Origin: Octopus bimaculoides | Lineage: Eukaryota | NCBI RefSeq assembly: GCF_001194135.2 | Contig: NC_068982.1 | Coordinates: 177,017,102-177,081,101 of the forward strand | Direction: 5' to 3' | DNA length: 64,000 nucleotides | Shown: positions 26,887-40,630 of the stretch, piece after piece | Layout of the letters: each line of letters begins with the position of its first letter | Numbering within the stretch: the stretch's first letter is position 1 | The notes under the pieces: generated by a model | The model's input: only the letters and a program-made list of their open reading frames with translations | Database searches by the model: none | Told to the model about the DNA's origin: nothing | Position numbers and translations under genes: made by a program

Positions 26887-28795
26887 TGTTTCTGCTTATT
26901 CCTCTTCTAATTATTTTCATTCTTCGTTCCATAAATATTGTTGCTGCGCAGTGAAATACAAAACCTACAAAGTTTCACTGATAGACTGTTCCCATATTCA
27001 GTTATATCGTTGTGTTCCAGTATCAAATTTGATGATTTCAAGATTATCATATCATTTTATTCGTTCGTCAAGAGTCCATAAAAAATAGGCGAACGCATCT
27101 CTCTAGAATCATACTATAATTACAGTTTTTAACATGAAATACGACATACTAATTATATTCAAATGTATTTCAACGTTACATTCATTGAAAGGCTTCCTTA
27201 CAAAGAAAATTCTTTTGAAATTTAAATTTGTCTTCCAAATTAAACAGGTAGGACGCCTGCGCGAAGCTGCATTACTGATTCGTATCTCGATAGATACTGT
27301 TGTAACTGTTAGATAACCTATAGTAGATCCATAAATGATATTACATATACTTTATCTGAAGATAATTATAATCATTTAGATAGTACATTAGATACTTATA
27401 AACATTTAGATAGTACATTCATCAATATTACTTTTATCAATTAATATCTTAACATATTTTAAAATTCTCTTTGACCGTTAAAGAACCTCATTTATTTGTA
27501 TTGAAGCATTTGGGATTGCATCATGTTCTACATTCGTACCTTCCATCTGTTTCTGTTCGCATTTTGAGAGATGAAACTTTTCTTTATGTAGACTTAAGCA
27601 TTAAGGAAATTATTGCATGAAATTTTGGTATTCTATGATAAATTTTATAGTGACTGTTGTTTTTCTCATTGTTCATATTGTTATTGACTAACCAATTGAT
27701 TTATGAGAATTATGATGAAAGGTGCTCCAGCCCTCAGCATTCCGTAGTTTTGTACATCTAGGACTAGTTTACCCAAAGATCCTTTCTTCAAAATTATTTA
27801 TTGTAATATGAAGCAGATATAGCTGCTCCCTCCTGCAGGCACTACGACAGTATATTTTCTTCATGGGTTAAACTTGAAAATGGTTGCTCGGTTCAACAAC
27901 AATGTTTACGAATATGCATCAAAATATATAGAAAATTCGAAAATTAACATTCAGAAAATTAACATTCAGTTAAGAAAAAGGGAGTGTATGAGTGGTTACT
28001 TGACAAGCTAGAAATAACAGCCAAATCTCCAGTAAATCAAATATTACTCACTTTATAAAAAATGTGATTCCTTTCACAGTAAACATCAAGCGCGTTTCTA
28101 TATTTGATTTGGATTAATTCTTCTGCAGATCCAGACTTTTGAGTATTTTTGAGACATTTTATATTTTAAATCCTAAAAATCAAGTTCTATATGTAACTTT
28201 CTTGTCTGATCCAGACATTTCATATTAAACCAAACATTTCGTAGGCCTCTAGTCATTTGAACGCTTGTTTAAACTCTGCGTCGCGCTCTCTCACTCTTTC
28301 TCTCTTTCTCTCTCTCGCTCTCTCTCTTTCTCTCACTCTCTCTCTCTCTATCTCTCTCTCTCTCTCGTTCTCTCTCTCTCTCTCCCTCTCTCTCTCTCGC
28401 TCTCCAAATTTCAATTGTCACTAATTGTCACTGATGGTGCCGTGTAGCAACCATATTGTTAAAAATAAGAGCTAAAAAACTCTTACAGCCACAAGAAAAC
28501 ACATTTTTATATACTGAGAGGGTAGAGAACTACATCGAATCTAGATCACTATATGAAACTACATTCGTTTGAGAATTGCAAACTTATCAGTAGCGACAGC
28601 TCCATCGCTGAGTGGTTTAGCAAAATCCTGATTCTCGGAATATATATTTACCATATCAATTTATGGCTGATTCAGCAAAATGCTGATGGGAAAAATATAA
28701 AGTAACGCAGGCAGCTATACGCAATATAAAACCAAGAAAAAATATGTGTGTGTATATATATACACATATATATATATATTGTATACACACACACG

Positions 28796-28843
<48 letters not shown>

Positions 28844-30128
28844 NNNNNNNNNNNNNNNNNNNNNNNNNNNNNNNNNNNNNNNNNNNNNNNNNNNNNNNNN
28901 NNNNNNNNNNNNNNNNNNNNNNNNNNNNNNNNNNNNNNNNNNNNNNNNNNNNNNNNNNNNNNNNNNNNNNNNNNNNNNNNNNNNNNNNNNNNNNNNNNNN
29001 NNNNNNNNNNNNNNNNNNNNNNNNNNNNNNNNNNNNNNNNNNNNNNNNNNNNNNNNNNNNNNNNNNNNNNNNNNNNNNNNNNNNNNNNNNNNNNNNNNNN
29101 NNNNNNNNNNNNNNNNNNNNNNNNNNNNNNNNNNNNNNNNNNNNNNNNNNNNNNNNNNNNNNNNNNNNNNNNNNNNNNNNNNNNNNNNNNNNNNNNNNNN
29201 NNNNNNNNNNNNNNNNNNNNNNNNNNNNNNNNNNNNNNNNNNNNNNNNNNNNNNNNNNNNNNNNNNNNNNNNNNNNNNNNNNNNNNNNNNNNNNNNNNNN
29301 NNNNNNNNNNNNNNTATGTGTATATTTATATATATATATGCATATGTGGGCACAGGATGTCACGAAACTTGTACAACAATAAAAACAAAAAATACGATGC
29401 ACGAATGCATGGAACATGAACTATTCTTTCGAACAACACATGACACAAATGGGAAACAAAACAAACAACATAAAGAACAACACTTCATCAGTTCTTGGCT
29501 GCTTTTCTAGTTTCGTATTTCGAACATTTAACAACAATATACGCTTTCGATAAAACAGTTGCTCCTGCAGAGAAGGTTAAGTAAAATTTGGTATTTTACG
29601 GAGGGTCAAAATTGGTAACACAAACAGGAGAGTGAAAACAAACAGAAATGGCTGCTAAGCCTCAACGAGCTTGTGGTGGTGAACGCGTAAATCAAGCTAG
29701 GACAGGAGACAATCAAGAACACCTCTTCCTTGTTCCAGCTACAACGGAGAGAACGAAAGAAAAATGGCCTATGGTCACGTGGGAACCACGTGAGTAAGAG
29801 AGGTGGAGTGAGGGAGTAAAAGTGACAGAGTAATAATATAGAATTGTGGGAGAAGAGGAAGTAAAAGAATAAAAGAGGAAAAGGAAAGCGTAAAAACATC
29901 GTATAGAGTGCGCCTCAGAATTATTACGATAAAACTTACTTCGAAGAGGATGTGTGGCATAAAGTTAGTAGAGTTAGAGGTTGGAATAACCGTCTAAGAG
30001 ATAAAAAATTTCGGTTTTACTACCAGTATAATTAACTATGTTAACCCTGGGCATATATATGCAAGCATATTATGCTCATAAGGTACATACAATGACAAAG
30101 ATGAACACAAATATATCAGGAATCAAAA

Positions 30129-30369
30129 TTAAAGTAAGCATAAATTGGAGAAATATTGATCAACAACAATTGACTAACATCGATTATTACTTTTTAATAC
30201 AAAGACTTTATCCCATCTAACAGCCCTTTATGCTTCCAATGTTCCAAAACCGCGGAGAATTGAAGCAGAAACGGCTGTGAGATGGGATAAAGTTTTTGTT
30301 TCAAAAAATAATAATCGATGTTAGTCAATTGTTATTGATCAATATTTCCCCGTTTTCTGTTTACTTTAA
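30129..30369. repeat. 241-bp fold-back inverted repeat
   Basis: Arms 30129-30240 and 30259-30369 are reverse complements (about 11 mismatches over the outer 97 bp, counted by eye), with a short central loop. Confidence 0.9.
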
Positions 30370-30434
30370 ATTATATATATATATATATATATATATACAT
30401 GTGTGTATGTACGTATGTAGAGATAGATACATAC

Positions 30435-30472
<38 letters not shown>

Positions 30473-31686
30473 TCGTACACACGTACATTTATACAAGTTT
30501 AGCAAGCATGTTTATCCTTGCATTGTTTACGCCCATACATAGTCACACAGTCACACATTGATGCAGCCAGGTATACAAACGCACAAATCCCGACTTGTTT
30601 TATGGGATAATCATACTTTGCTACTTAAATACACGCTCATTCTTTTCGAATATTGTTTAATCGGCAATTATTCAGATAAGTACTTCACATAACAGAAAAA
30701 TGCTTATATATTTTATCAAGGTTCTTCCGACAAGAAAAATGTTAATCACTGGATTGTACCTCAGCTGTTGGATAAATCGCTTTATTTCATTATGTAATGT
30801 TACGATAACTTTCAGATAACGAGTTCATAGGGAATTTAAATGATAATGTCATTTAACTCAATAAAAAGTTGATACTTCAATATCTATGCAGTAATGCACA
30901 CTTAACCTTAAATTTGAGAATTATTTTCATTCAGCTGATATATAAACGGTTCCGTGGTATTTCTACGAAATTTCGCGATTCTATTAAACGACGTATATTT
31001 CTCAGATTGTATATCTTGTTTTATTCTCTTTCCCTTTATTATTGTATTACTTATGTAGTATTTCTGAAAACATTATGTGAATTCAATTGTTAACAAGAAA
31101 ATATGCTTGTAAAGCATGTTTAGTTTATGCAGCATATGTCGACATGTGTGTTACAGATATTCAGTCATTAAGAAAGAACGATGAAACACTCTCACCTAGG
31201 CATATTATTATATTAGATTTCAGCCTATACTACAGGATTGTCCTACATAGCTAACTAAAGAAAATGTTTGATTATTAGGCAAGAGGTAGCTCGCGCGAAT
31301 CTTATATTCGATACCGTGATGTATCCATGTGAAATAAACTGAAATCTTGCTAAAAGAATATGGAAACTACAAAAGGTGTCATAGTTGCATATATCTGGTT
31401 CTTGTAAGCAATTGTCTCATTGAACACTTAACTGGAAATTACTTCAAAGAGTGTATTGGATTCCTGCTATGAACATGATGACGGCAAGTAACCTGAAACT
31501 TGTAATTTATCTTCGCCGTGCAATTATGGAATTAAATGATTCGCCAAGCGATAGATATCAATATAGGGCAATTGTGATGAATACAGTCACATTTTCACTT
31601 CGTCAAATGCATTTACGAACAAATGTACAGAGTATTATCATTATCAAACGTTAATAAACTTAAGGTATACAAGATAGGTGGATGTA

Positions 31687-32064
31687 GGCGTAGGAGTGGC
31701 TGTGTGGTAAGTAGCTTGCTTACCAACCACATGGATCCGGGTTCAGTCCCACTTCGTGGCACCTTGGACAGGTGTCTTCTACTATAGCCTCGAGCCGACC
31801 AAAGCCTTGTGAGTGGATTTGGTAGACGGAAACTGTATGTATGTGTGTTTATATGTTTACGTGTCTGTGTTTGTCCCCCCAACATCGCTTGACAACCGAT
31901 GTTGGTGTGTTTACTTTCCCGTAACTTAACAGTTCGGCAAAAGGGACCGATAGAATAAGTACTAGGCTTCCAAAGAATAAGTCCTGGGGTCGATTTGCTC
32001 GACTAAAGGTGGTGCTCCAGCATGGCCACTGTCAAATGACTGAAACAAGTAAAAGAGTAAAAGA
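31687..32064 (+). mobile_element. Full-length tRNA-SINE, family B
   Basis: A-box tggctgtgtggt and B-box ggttcagtccc, an internal (GT)-rich linker, a core ending ggtgctccagcatggcc..gactgaaacaag and a (taaaagag) tail. Confidence 0.9.
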
Positions 32065-34541
32065 GGTAAGAGTATGTATACCTCTGTGTGTGTTTGTGTG
32101 TATGTGTGTATGTATGTGCGTGTATTTTTTATGTGTGCGGGTGTACGGACACGCACACATTATCATATCTATAAGTGCATAATTATATCTATACTCGATG
32201 ATCTACACTCCTTCGCGAACTTGGTAATTATAGTGACGATAGCGAAATACTCTCATGAGTCATAAGAATAAACGGTCCTGTGTGTATGTGAGTTGATATA
32301 TATATAAATCTGTGTCTTCTATATATGTGTGTACGTGTGGGGGAGAGAGTTTTCTAGTTAGCTGTATTTTGTTATGTAGTTGTTCACCAAGTGGTCATGT
32401 TTAGTTGTTGATTGAATTTTCTCGAATTGGTAACCTCGTTTTTTATTGCTGGTTTTAAGTTTTCTTTTTGTTACTAAAATTTGTAAAATACATTAATTAA
32501 TTACTTGTATTTGGTGATTATTCTATCGATGGTGTTTTTCTTCTATTTCATTTTAAATTTCAGGTACAAATGAAAATCTGATTAATTTCATAAAATAAAC
32601 CGAAAAATAAATAGCAAAAAATTTAATCAAATTGAAAGAAAACTGAAGGAAGTAGAATGAATCATAAAAAATATATTCAATGACAGAGTGATGTTATATG
32701 TTTGCTTTTGAAGACTACTGAACCGTTATAGGCTTTAAATGTGGATGAAAGGGAATAAGAATTGTACGAGGGAAACAGTAGCAGTATGTGGAGGTAAGGG
32801 AGAAAGAAGATATTTCGCTGGTTAAATGTGCGAGAAACAAGTATGTATATATATATATATNNNNNNNNNNTAGTATGTATGTATGTATGTATGTATGTAT
32901 GTATGTATATGTGAGAGGGGTGAGTGTGTATATCAGTGTGTTTGTGCGTGTGAATATATTTTTGCATGTATATATGTATACATATATATATATATATATA
33001 ATGTATGTGTGTATGTATATATGTATGCATGTATGTATGCATGCATGCATGCATGTATGTATATGGAGAGATAATTGAGAGAGATTGAGTGGGAAAGACT
33101 AAGAGATTGGGACTGTCAGAATATCAGTTTCCAAATTCAGAGCACATTTCAAAATTGATATAAATCTAAATGTTATAGCTTTAGCAATATAAAAATTACA
33201 TTGAATAGAAGTCAATATATTAAAGTGAAGTATTATATAACAATAAACATATGCCTTCAAACACGCACACTAGTTCAAGCCAATGCAAAAAATAAAATGC
33301 ATAGACACATGCAAGCACATACATACACAAAAAGGCACACACATGTGCACAAGCTGACAGAGAGATAAGGAGACAGAGGCACATGTACACCCCACATGGA
33401 CATACATACACATATACACACTTGTACAGTAACCTTAGTATAACTAGGAATGTACAACTTTCTAATTCTAGTAATTCTATGAAAATATGTTAGACTTAAA
33501 ACCTTTCAGGATGATGAAATGTTCAAAATTAAACAGAATACAATGCTTCGTAGATAAAAGGCACGATGTCAATTTTCTCTATCTGGTTTCAGTTACTAGA
33601 TTTCGAACAATGTATTCTAAGCTTCTTTTCAATTATATCGATCCAGAACTCTACGTGGTACGTATTTTAACGAACTCGTGAGGTGGACGTTAAATATAAA
33701 GGAATAATCATGATATCTGAAGGTATATTTGATACACCAATTCTGCGATTTTTGGTTATGGTTCTCACGCACACAAGCACGCACGCTCACACACACACTC
33801 ACACATACACTAAGAGATACGCACACACACACATGCTGGAATACGCTCAAATAAGGAAAATCTCGAACGATCATACACGTACGAGCATACATATTCACTC
33901 ATAGAACCCACTCAACCACAAGAACGCTCACTTTACACGGCACACTTTAGCGCGCCCACACACTTAAACACACACGTACATGCGTACAGAGATACACACG
34001 CCTAACGTGTTCTCTCCTCTCTCTCCCCATATAAAACAACTACGGCCTCGCACCATAAATCTTGTGTAGACATAAAACTTACCGAAAGCTAAAAACACAA
34101 AGGAATAAACCCTTAATGAGGTCACAGGTGGCTGGCAGACCCCGCTCCCACAAACACACAAACACACAAACGCATAAAGCAGTCATACGAGAAAACATAC
34201 AAAACAATACACACAGACACACACGCACGCAATCCTTTCATTTATTTTCACACAAACCTTTCGTTTATTTTCCCCTCTACCCCTCATCTAAACAAACACA
34301 TACCTCCACACACACATAGAAACCTTTCGCTTATTTTCACCTTTACCCCACGAGTAAACAATCACATGCCTACACACACAAACGCACAAACATGCATACA
34401 TACAGATATACGACCAATACTCTGACTCAACGCACAATTTGGACTGAGAAGTCACAGAGTCGCTGAAAAGGTCGCTCACAACGACAAAATATCTTTCACT
34501 TAAAAACAAACAACCGATTAATTACTAAACCAACACATTAA

Positions 34542-34747
34542 TCCTTTAGCATTTATACTGGCCATATCAGGCCTAAATAGCCTGTTGGTTATGTGTTTAA
34601 ACTGGCCACACCCATTTTACAATGTCCTCTTAAAAATAAGCAATCACATCTTTAAAATCTTAAAGCTATGAGATAATGAATGATTAATTCACAACAATAT
34701 GAATAAATAAACATTAGATTTGACAGAGTAGTCTGAATACTAATGAG
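34542..34747. mobile_element. TTAA-flanked (piggyBac-like) MITE
   Basis: ttaa|tcctttagcatt ... aatactaatgag|ttaa: imperfect TIRs, with TTAA at 34538-41 and 34748-51. Confidence 0.6.
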
Positions 34748-35533
34748 TTAAACAAATAATTGATTAGTTAGTTGGTTAGACATTTAACCAACTGTCTAAC
34801 AATAAAGAAGTGCAATTGAACCTGTACATGTTTTATTATCATTAGCGTAATGACTCTTGCAAGACACAACAAAATTTGGTTCGACACACGAATTAAAATC
34901 AAGAGTCTTGCAACCAAAAATGAAGGATATATNNNNNNNNNNNNNNNNNNNNNNNNNNNNNNNNNNNNNNNNNNNNNNNNNNNNNNNNNNNNNNNNNNNN
35001 NNNNNNNNNNNNNNNNNNNNNNNNNNNNNNNNNNNNNNNNNNNNNNNNNNNNNNNNNNNNNNNNNNNNNNNNNNNNNNNNNNNNNNNNNNNNNNNNNNNN
35101 NNNNNNNNNNNNNNNNNNNNNNNNNNNNNNNNNNNNNNNNNNNNNNNNNNNNNNNNNNNNNNNNNNNNNNNNNNNNNNNNNNNNNNNNNNNNNNNNNNNN
35201 NNNNNNNNNNNNNNNNNNNNNNNNNNNNNNNNNNNNNNNNNNNNNNNNNNNNNNNNNNNNNNNNNNNNNNNNNNNNNNNNNNNNNNNNNNNNNNNNNNNN
35301 NNNNNNNNNNNNNNNNNNNNNNNNNNNNNNNNNNNNNNNNNNNNNNNNNNNNNNNNNNNNNNNNNNNNNNNNNNNNNNNNNNNNNNNNNNNNNNNNNNNN
35401 NNNNNNNNNNNNNNNNNNNNNNNNNNNNNNNNNNNNNNNNNNNNNNNNNNNNNNNNNNNNNNNNNNNNNNNNNNNNNNNNNNNNNNNNNNNNNNNNNNNN
35501 NNNNNNNNNNNNNNNNNNNNNNNNNNNNNNNNN

Positions 35534-35569
<36 letters not shown>

Positions 35570-35686
35570 GTGTGTGCGTACGTGTGTTTCTGTATTTCTG
35601 TGTACGTTTGTGTGTCTGTGTGTGTGTGTCTGTGTGTTTCTGTGTGCGTATGCATATGTACATGTATACATGTAGAGGTAGAGGGC

Positions 35687-35746
<60 letters not shown>

Positions 35747-36536
35747 GTGTGTTTATTTGTATGTATATATGTATATGTATTTATTTATTTATTTTCACGT
35801 GTGAACATCAGTATATGTGTGGTGGGTAAGTGTATGACCTTGAGAATGTAAAAACGAAATCATTTTTATCTACCTAATTTTTTAAATGGAATATCGAGAG
35901 CCTTGAACCCGTCTCTTTCTTGTTGCTACTTTCATCATCTGCCCATATTTGAAATGCATGAATTTTCACAAATTCATTTATTCAAATGTGAGAAGATCCC
36001 CAAGATACGTTATTGATATTCCAAAATTGCAAGCCTTTGCTAATATCGATTACTAATTTTAATTAGATATGTCGTGATTGTAGTTCTGTAACGAAGAGTT
36101 TTTAAAAAAATTCTCTTAACTAAATCATTAGAGCGTGATATTCTTTAACATGGCGATACTGAATAAAACATATTGACTGCGTTTAAAAAAGATATATGTG
36201 ATTTTCTCTGAGCTTCAAAAGCCACGACCGGAGAATGGCGTGGAGATGAGTGGATATAACTGGTAATAGGGAATAAGAAATAGAAGTTGTTAGAATAAAT
36301 ACATTTGAATTTGTTTTTAATTATTTGGGAACTTTTATTATATTTTGCTTTGAAAATTCCCTTCTTATCAAGAGATCGAACGCAGTTTCGTAGAAGAAAC
36401 AGGAAATTACCAAGTGAATACATAGTTTTAGACCTGCGCAATGAAATGCAGCAGCTAACACAAAAGCGGCAACAACACACATATAAAAATGCATCGCTTA
36501 ATCCACTCAGCCTTCTCAGCATTATCAACATTTCTC

Positions 36537-36640
36537 ATCATCATCATCATCCCTATCCTCATCGTAGTCGTTTGTTGTGTCATGCTGATCATCATTATCT
36601 CCATCATCATCATCATCATCATCAGCATCAGCATCATCAG

Positions 36641-36683
<43 letters not shown>

Positions 36684-36725
36684 GCTGTTGTGATCGTCAT
36701 CATCATCGTTATAATAATAATAATA
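36537..36725. repeat. (CAT)n/(AAT)n microsatellite
   Basis: Direct inspection; accounts for the poly-H, poly-I and poly-M ORFs. Confidence 0.95.
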
Positions 36726-36769
36726 ATAAATCGGTACAAGGTCTGAAAGATAGTTGGGGTGGCTACTCG

Positions 36770-36865
36770 ATTACATATACCTCAGTGTTTAACTGGTACT
36801 TATTTCATTATCCCGAAAAGATGAAAGGCGAATTCGAAGTCGGCAGAATTTAAACTCAGAATGTA
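36770..36865 (-). mobile_element. tRNA-SINE, family A fragment
   Basis: tcgattacatatacctcagtgtttaactggtacttatttc..atgaaaggcgaattcgaagtcggcagaatttaaactcag. Confidence 0.75.
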
Positions 36866-38860
36866 ACGAAGAACGAAGCGCAATGCGATTGCAATAGATA
36901 TTTTATTGGTTTGAACGATATTTCGATAGCTTGCTTGTCTCTGTCGACTTCAAAATGAAAAGTGATACAAAGAAATTCAAACTTATATGGACGCAAAAAA
37001 TTATGCGTTCCCACGTTGACAGAATGGCATCATCAATCTTCAGTTATCAATTTCACAACTGGCAAAGGGAAAAAAAGAACAAGAAAAAAGGGAAAAAGAA
37101 GGAAAAGAAGCAGAAGAATACTGTTTAGTAATACGGGTTTGTGTAAATATGATGAAATTCCCCTGTCATTTTATTCATTCCTTCAGGGCGTGATGTCAAT
37201 AACTCACAAACATATTTATCTTTATACATTTTGTGAACTGAAAGTGTAGTAGACTTAGAATATTGTTTTGAGAATATGCACTTTCAAGTGTTCTTCAAAA
37301 TTGCAGTCGTCTGATGTAAAATAGTCGGCAAGTTCTGTCGAACTACTGCTATTGTACCTGACATCATACATGTACTCATTGAATCTTTTGTTTAATTGTT
37401 CTCTTATACAACCAACATAAATCAGGTTTTGTACATTCTCCAATTCTCCAAATTGGAAACTCTACACGTCCCACCTTCCGTACAAATCATAACATTTCTG
37501 TTATGATTCCGGATAGAATTGACTTGACTCATGATGCTGTACAACGAACAGGACTTACCCCTCTTGCAGCTGTTTTTCAAGGTACAGTGGTCAGAAACTC
37601 CTATGTTAGTTTTCTTGGAGTCAGAAATAGAGGTTAATAGTTCTATTATACTTTTATTCCGTGTAAAGGCTACAATAGGTGACTGATGAAATATTTGTTT
37701 GAAACGAGGATATTTTTCCGCGACACGCTGGTAAATTTCATGTAAAACTTTTGAAATGCCAGTGAAATTTCGGTGCCACTTAATCACTAAAGGAATTCTG
37801 TCGTATATTTTACTTTGTTTGCTAAAATTATGCGTGGAAGTTTAACTTTCCTTCCTAATCTTACAATTTGCAATTTTTTAAAAATCGTGATTCACTGTAA
37901 CCACGTTTGATATTATGATATACAAAAATATTTTGCATGTTTCCAGTATCAGTACAAATCCGTTTTATTCTCAAAAATCGCGATTTCGGATTTGACCGAA
38001 TTATATGATGTGGATGATCGGGGCGGCGGTGGAGATAAATGTGAGAAGTCGAGGGCTTACAAAATAACTGTCATTATTCTGCCTCCAGAAAACTTAAATA
38101 TTTGTGTCTGAAAACTCAACGCTATCTTTTGAAAATTTAGACGTAAATTTTATGTTGGTCTTAAAGTCATAGTTTTTAGCATAACAGTCAAAGAAATTCC
38201 AGAACTTAATTAAACTATCCTGTGATCCTTCCCAGACAGCAAGACGTCATCAATAAACTGTAACGTGAGTATTGGGTCATGACTATGTAGGGATTTAAAT
38301 GTCTTCAGTAAATGTGTCTCGAATTTCGTCATGAAGACATTAGCGAAATTAACTGCCATGGGGGTACCCATGACGCAATCTCTTCTTTGGCGGTAAAATT
38401 TTTGTCCCAACTTCATTGTGTTACTTTGTAACACAGAACTCAATAACCTACAGAGAAAATTAGATGGGATACTTTTGTTTAACCGTTTTTCGAAGGCGTT
38501 CATGCATGCTTCCACTCCTTCATCGCGGTTAATATTAGGATATAGGCAAGAAACATGCATGGTTAATAAAAATCAGTTTTCGACATTGCTCCGGTGCTTA
38601 GAAAAGTTGTAAATTTTAGACACAAAATCAAAAGTATCCCGAATATAGGAACTCGATCTTTTTGTGACAGGGGCGAGGAAGCCGTCCAGCCGCTCCGGAA
38701 TTTTGGCTGTGCAACATTCATATCCGATGCAAATTGTGTGTTCATATAATTTTGAATTTCTGTTTATCACTTTTCATGTTGACAAAGACAGGCAAGCTGT
38801 CTAAATATCGTTCAAACCAATAGAATATCTATTACAATCGCATCGCGTTCTTCGTATCGT
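36865..38860 (-). mobile_element. 5'-truncated Penelope-like element (RT, thumb, GIY-YIG) with inverted terminal arms
   Basis: RT motifs HVSCLYPNI, FYRQ..DCVMGTPMAVNFANVFM and FIDD; thumb CKPSTSHIYLHR..HP..RIKRIC; linker PIVAFTRNK; GIY-YIG NLIYVGC..LNKRFN. Many frameshifts. Arms 36865-36995 and 38745-38860 are inverted copies. Confidence 0.9.
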
Positions 38861-38904
38861 CTGTTTACCTTCGTGAAGAGTTACGTCAATTCATTTAAAA
38901 TATA

Positions 38905-38910
38905 ATGATG

Positions 38911-38975
<65 letters not shown>

Positions 38976-39035
38976 AATAATAATAATAATAATAATGATG
39001 ATAAGGAGGAGGAGGAGGAGGAGGAGGAGGAGGAA
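38905..39035. repeat. Compound (GAT)n(AAT)n(AGG)n microsatellite
   Basis: Direct inspection. Confidence 0.95.
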
Positions 39036-39054
39036 GGCGAGGATGATGACGATT

Positions 39055-39258
39055 TCAAATTTTAGCACAAAGCCAGCTATTTTAGAGAAGAGACTAAGTC
39101 GATTATATCGATCCCAGTGATTAACGAGTGCTTAATTTATCGACTCCGAAATGATGAAAGAGAAATTTAATCTCTGAGGAATTTAACTCAGAAACGTGAA
39201 GACGGACGAAATGCTGCGAAGCATATGGCTCGATGTGCTAACGATTCTGCGTGCCAAT
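39055..39258 (-). mobile_element. tRNA-SINE, family A
   Basis: aagtcgattatatcgatcccag..ttatcgactccgaaatgatgaaag..aactcagaaacgtgaagacggacgaaatgc..gtgctaacgattctgc. Confidence 0.8.
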
Positions 39259-40429
39259 ATTAATCACCTACATTATCCTCATCCCCATACTCATTGTCGG
39301 CGGCAGCGGCTTTATCATCATCGTCATCACCAGTATCATCGTCGTTGTGCCGTCGGTGTTGTAGTCGTCGTCGTCGCTGTCGTTGTCATCATAATCGTCA
39401 TCATCATTACAGTCTTCGATGCCGTCACTTCCGAAAGTGTTATCGTCTATAGCAATGTCACTACCTTAAATTCTGCTGAATATATTTTATTTCCCAATAA
39501 TGCAAACCCTTTATTATACCATCATTCTATGTATACTCATAGTCTAGCTATTGTACATGCATTCACATGTATTCAAATGTATACATAAGTAGCTCGAGGT
39601 CATCTAATAACAAACAAGACCTTTGCTTAAGTAATGAGATATGAAAAAGCTAAAAGCTACAAGCAATGCGATAAATGCATTCTGCTGTATCATCTCTTAA
39701 AACATGTGTTGAACCAACTAAATTATAAATAATTTGTACGACGAAACAGAACTCGTCTGCTCTTTTTAACGAAACGTATACTGTTCAATTATTATGTTTT
39801 AAATTTGTGTTTCATTCATAACACATGATCCACACAAGTACCGGAGGATATTTAATATATTATCCTTTTTTTTTTTAATGTAATTAAGAAATGAATATTG
39901 TCATTATGAAAACAGGTGGAGGGTGGTGGCTGCCAGAATCTGTAGAAAACCAGACACAGGTATAATGATATGTTTCTGCTTTCAGTGGCTGTAGTGGATT
40001 TGATGATTACATTCTAGACCATTCTACATTCTAGATCACATATCTTATCTGCCTTGCAGGAACTCAGTTTAGACAAGGGATATAGATTGAAATACCACAA
40101 TGTATTTGCTAACATCTGTTTATATTCTCCGCTGGTAGCAACTTTTATGTTCACTTTGCCTGTGTTACAAAATGTATCAGTAATATGATGTAAACATCCC
40201 CAAATGGGAGAGTGATAACTGTATACCATTTTAAGAAATTGATGCTAAATATATGGCAATATATCCAAATATTTCTTATACGACATAACTGAGTATCCGA
40301 TTAGTAGAAGCAGGTTTCTTTCTTATTGCATACACATATGTACACTCCTTTGTATTATTTTGGTTGAGTGTATTTCATAACTGCTCGAGAAACATTTTTT
40401 TATCAATCTGTACTTAACAATGATATTTC

Positions 40430-40545
40430 GTGATCAAGTGGGCCCCGTATTTAGTCCCACTGCGAAGCATTTTTGGATTCATGGCTTCTACCGTAGTGTC
40501 AGGTTGAGCAAAGAACACATCGACAGTGAAATTCAGCAAATTTGT
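40430..40545 (+). mobile_element. Degenerate SINE family B head
   Basis: tttagtcccactgcgaagca..cttctaccgtag..caaag resembles 31740-31810 and is followed by (GT)n. Confidence 0.45.
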
Positions 40546-40584
40546 AGTCTGCTGAACATTATATATACATATGTATACACATAC

Positions 40585-40630
<46 letters not shown>

